The notes below the pieces were generated by a model. That model searched no databases, had not been told where the DNA came from, and saw only the letters and a program-made list of their open reading frames with translations. Shown here piece by piece: positions 35,475-38,001 of a stretch of DNA of 38,001 nucleotides. Source of the stretch: a virus (taxonomy: Duplodnaviria; Caudoviricetes); the IMG/VR virus record IMGVR_UViG_3300021365_000044, positions 1 to 38,001 of that record; one strand, given 5' to 3'. A program made the translations under genes and the position numbers. Numbering within the stretch: position 1 is the stretch's first letter; each line of letters begins with the position of its first letter.

Positions 35475-37076
35475 ATGCCTCTCACCTGGACACCGCACCC
35501 CGCTCTCCCGCCTCTGACAAAATCGGAGATGCTGTCCATGTCCGCCGAGTCAATCCTCGCATACTGGGAGAAGAGAGAACAGGCCATTAAAGATGAAAAG
35601 GACGATCCTTATCGCCACGGCTTCGAGCTAGACATTTGGAAACGAGCAGATGAGCAGTTAAAGAATCACTCCGAATTATTAATTATGGGAGGCAACCGGA
35701 GTTCCAAGAGCCATCTTTGTGCTCGAAGAGTAGTCCAGTCCCTCGTTGAGAATCCAGGCACAATTATTTGGTGCTTAACCGAAACATCGGCCAACAGCAT
35801 ACAATTCCAGCAGAAGTTAATATTTAACGCATTACCTAAAGAACTTAAATCGCTAGGCCGTGGAAAAGTTGGATATGTGATGTACAGCTTACGAAATGGA
35901 TTTACGGCATCTAAGTTCACTTTGCCCAATCGTTCCGAATGTATCTTTCGTAATTGGAGTCAGGACATTTCGACAATCGAAGGAGGAGAAATAGGCTCAC
36001 CGCAAGATCCAGTCAACGGAACACATAACATTGGATTTTGGGCAGATGAACTCGTACCTATGTCGTGGGTAAACACACTTAGATTTCGGACCGTAACCCG
36101 CAATTCCAAGGGAATTATCAGCTTCACCGCCGTTGACGGATGGAACAGCGTAGTAAAATCGATGCTCACCGGTGCTCGCACCATAGAATCAACGAAGGCG
36201 GACCTATTAAACGGCGAGGAAGTACCTCTCGTTCAACAGCCCATCCGCAAAGCCAGTTCAGTGGTTTACTTTCACACAGCGGCGAACCCCTTTGGCGGAT
36301 GGGAGGCGATGAAGAATCAGCTCGAGGGAGAGAAGCGGGAAACAATTCTTTGCCGGGCTTATGGAGTGCCTGTTCGCCAATCGAGAGCCATTTTCCCTAA
36401 TCTGACAGACAAGAACTTCTGCACCCCCGACAAGCTCCCCAATTTCAAAGAAGCCAATTGGGTCATGTCGATCGACCCAGCGGGAGCAAAGCCGTGGACA
36501 ATGGTATTATTTGCAATCGATCCACATGGAGTCGCATGGGCGGTTAAGGAATTTCCTGACTTCGATACCTGGGGTGGATGGATTGATCTGACTAAGGACA
36601 AGCTGTCTGCCGGCGAGGCCGCCCAGCCGAACGGGTACGGCCTGAAGGATTATGCCGATGAGATTAGACGCATGGAGAAGATATGTGGCGATTCGGAGGT
36701 CATCCGCATAATCGACCCGCGTCTTGGGGCGGCGAGCTATCAGAAGTCGGAAGGCAGTTCCAACATTATAGACGATTTATCGGACGAAGATATCATCGTT
36801 CAACCGGCAGAAGCGTTAGACATCGAAACAGGACTCCAGGCGATTAATAATCTGCTCGCATGGGATCGGGAAAAACCGATGGATTTGGATAATAAGCCTA
36901 GATTGATGTTCTCGGATGAATGTCAAAATCTAATAAGTTGTCTGCAAGCATATGTACCTGGTGACTTGAAAGCCGCTCCAAAAGATTTTGTAGACTGTGC
37001 TAGATATTTTGCAGTGGGTAATTTCGAGTATTTCGGCAAGGAGGAATTAATTTCAACAGGCGGAGGGGGATATTAA
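35475..37076 (+). CDS. terL: Terminase large subunit
   Basis: Walker A-like MGGNRSSKS, Walker B FWADE, SFTA coupling motif, nuclease SIDPAG and KDFVDCARY. Confidence 0.9.
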   Translation: MPLTWTPHPALPPLTKSEMLSMSAESILAYWEKREQAIKDEKDDPYRHGFELDIWKRADEQLKNHSELLIMGGNRSSKSHLCARRVVQSLVENPGTIIWCLTETSANSIQFQQKLIFNALPKELKSLGRGKVGYVMYSLRNGFTASKFTLPNRSECIFRNWSQDISTIEGGEIGSPQDPVNGTHNIGFWADELVPMSWVNTLRFRTVTRNSKGIISFTAVDGWNSVVKSMLTGARTIESTKADLLNGEEVPLVQQPIRKASSVVYFHTAANPFGGWEAMKNQLEGEKRETILCRAYGVPVRQSRAIFPNLTDKNFCTPDKLPNFKEANWVMSIDPAGAKPWTMVLFAIDPHGVAWAVKEFPDFDTWGGWIDLTKDKLSAGEAAQPNGYGLKDYADEIRRMEKICGDSEVIRIIDPRLGAASYQKSEGSSNIIDDLSDEDIIVQPAEALDIETGLQAINNLLAWDREKPMDLDNKPRLMFSDECQNLISCLQAYVPGDLKAAPKDFVDCARYFAVGNFEYFGKEELISTGGGGY

Positions 37077-37078
37077 TT

Positions 37079-37420
37079 ATGGCAACAAATAGGAAGTGGA
37101 GTGAGGAACAGCGAGCGGGTGTTGTGGAATTGCGGACGGCGGGCATAAGCTGGGCAAAGATCAGCAAGCAGACGGGTATCCCTAAAGGTACTTGCATCGG
37201 TATATGGAAAGAAAGCCCACAGGAGGTGGATATTCCAATAACGCCAAAAACGATTATGGCACGAGTTCTCAAGCTCGTCCCCAACCCGAGGCTTATGCTT
37301 ATTTACTTCGATGATCGGGAAGGAGTGGCGAGGTGCGTAAAGCGGCCCGAGGCCAACCATCCGCCTAAGAGTCAGGTGCTGGTAAAAAAGGTGGATGATG
37401 ATCTCTACCGAATCGCATGA
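37079..37420 (+). CDS. HTH-containing protein
   Basis: WSEEQRAGVVELRTAGISWAKISKQTGIPKGT HTH plus a small beta domain. Confidence 0.7.
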   Translation: MATNRKWSEEQRAGVVELRTAGISWAKISKQTGIPKGTCIGIWKESPQEVDIPITPKTIMARVLKLVPNPRLMLIYFDDREGVARCVKRPEANHPPKSQVLVKKVDDDLYRIA

Positions 37421-37646
37421 TCAACAGGAAAAGAGGATCGATGCCATGCTCAGAGAGATGGTGGTCGAAGAGGGACTGGCGGCAATGGATTCGGGAAGAG
37501 ACCCAAAAACGCACACGCTTAAAGAAATTGGCGAGTTCATTGGAGTCCCGCTTATCACAGTCCACCGAGTTGAAAAAGAGGCTTTGAAAAAACTTAAATT
37601 AATAATGTTAGAATTGGGAGTTAAAAATGGAAATTCAGGAATTTAG
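37395..37646 (+). CDS. Stand-alone sigma70 region-4-like HTH protein
   Basis: HTLKEIGEFIGVPLITVHRVEKEALKKL closely follows the RpoD 4.2 pattern TLEEVG..F.VTRERIRQIE.KAL.KL. Confidence 0.75.
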   Translation: MMISTESHDQQEKRIDAMLREMVVEEGLAAMDSGRDPKTHTLKEIGEFIGVPLITVHRVEKEALKKLKLIMLELGVKNGNSGI

Positions 37647-38001
37647 CGAAAAAGGGCCGGATGTAGATGCCATCAAGAAGGAGTTTAACGATGCAAAGTC
37701 GAATCTCTCCTTTTGGATGGATAAAGCCGAGCAAGGTAGGGAATGTCGGTTTAACGAATGGGCGGGCAAGGATGAAAGCGGAAAGAAGAACGGCCCGGAA
37801 GCATTTCCTTGGAATGGAGCCAGTGATCTCGAAGCAAATCTGATTAATCCCTTAATCGATGGAGATGTAGCACTCCTTTCTCAATCGTTATCACAGGCCA
37901 ACCTGGTAGCCGCTCCCGTGGAGAGTGGAGACATTGGCAGTGCAAAGATGGTGAGCGAGTTTTTAAAGTGGCGGATGAACTCAATGACGGAACTTCCACG
38001 G
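37627..38001 (+). CDS. Portal protein, N-terminal part (MEIQEFSEKGPDVDAIKKEF...), continues at the window start
   Basis: ATG at 37627 opens a frame that runs into the VESGDIGSAK sequence starting the 51..1832 ORF; joined length about 690 aa. Confidence 0.88.
   Translation, partial: MEIQEFSEKGPDVDAIKKEFNDAKSNLSFWMDKAEQGRECRFNEWAGKDESGKKNGPEAFPWNGASDLEANLINPLIDGDVALLSQSLSQANLVAAPVESGDIGSAKMVSEFLKWRMNSMTELPR
37868..38001 (+). repeat. Terminal overlap, copy 2 (circularisation overlap)
   Basis: 134-bp direct repeat of 1-134 lying inside the portal reading frame. Confidence 0.97.

Larger units (their letters stand above)
1..37867. mobile_element. Complete circularly permuted genome of a podovirus-like, probably temperate tailed phage
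   Basis: Head, tail, packaging, replication and recombinase modules are all present; the window end overlaps the start; no tape measure or sheath gene; no host housekeeping flanks. Confidence 0.95.

Noticed and set aside
155-37565. Numerous 60-140 aa ORFs antisense to or nested in long genes
   Set aside because: Shadow frames of well-supported genes, with no motifs of their own
37868-38001. 134-bp terminal repeat as a biological direct terminal repeat
   Set aside because: It falls mid-portal gene and looks like an assembly circularisation overlap; the single mismatch is synonymous (CTC/CTT), consistent with strain microdiversity

Overview
The window is one essentially complete, circularly permuted genome (unit length about 37,867 bp) of a podovirus-like tailed dsDNA phage. 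Bases 37868-38001 repeat bases 1-134, and the portal gene runs across the join. Gene order: portal, small head genes, a PD-(D/E)XK endonuclease, scaffold, major capsid, adaptor, fibre/spike cassette, a compact membrane (lysis?) cassette, nozzle, collar fibre, two ejection proteins, a 2489-aa polyvalent protein, a minus-strand host-like XerC, a replication operon (Xis-like HTH, RuvC-like resolvase, SSB-like protein, exonuclease, Leu762 PolA, dNMP kinase, AEP primase, RepA-like helicase), a structured non-coding region, a reverse-strand TerS-like gene, a dif-like site and TerL. The best candidates for new biology are two. (1) The C-terminal 1100 aa of the giant protein is cut into effector modules (RHH, three ADP-ribosyltransferase-like domains, two unknown domains) by a recurring [KR]-x-[FY]-M-P junction motif, downstream of the protein's own HExxH metallopeptidase. 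(2) The phage encodes a chromosomal-type XerC together with a full dif-like site and two more XerC-arm boxes in its control regions. The host is inferred, not shown, to be a Verrucomicrobiota (Opitutales-like) bacterium. All family calls come from motif recognition by eye; no searches were run.
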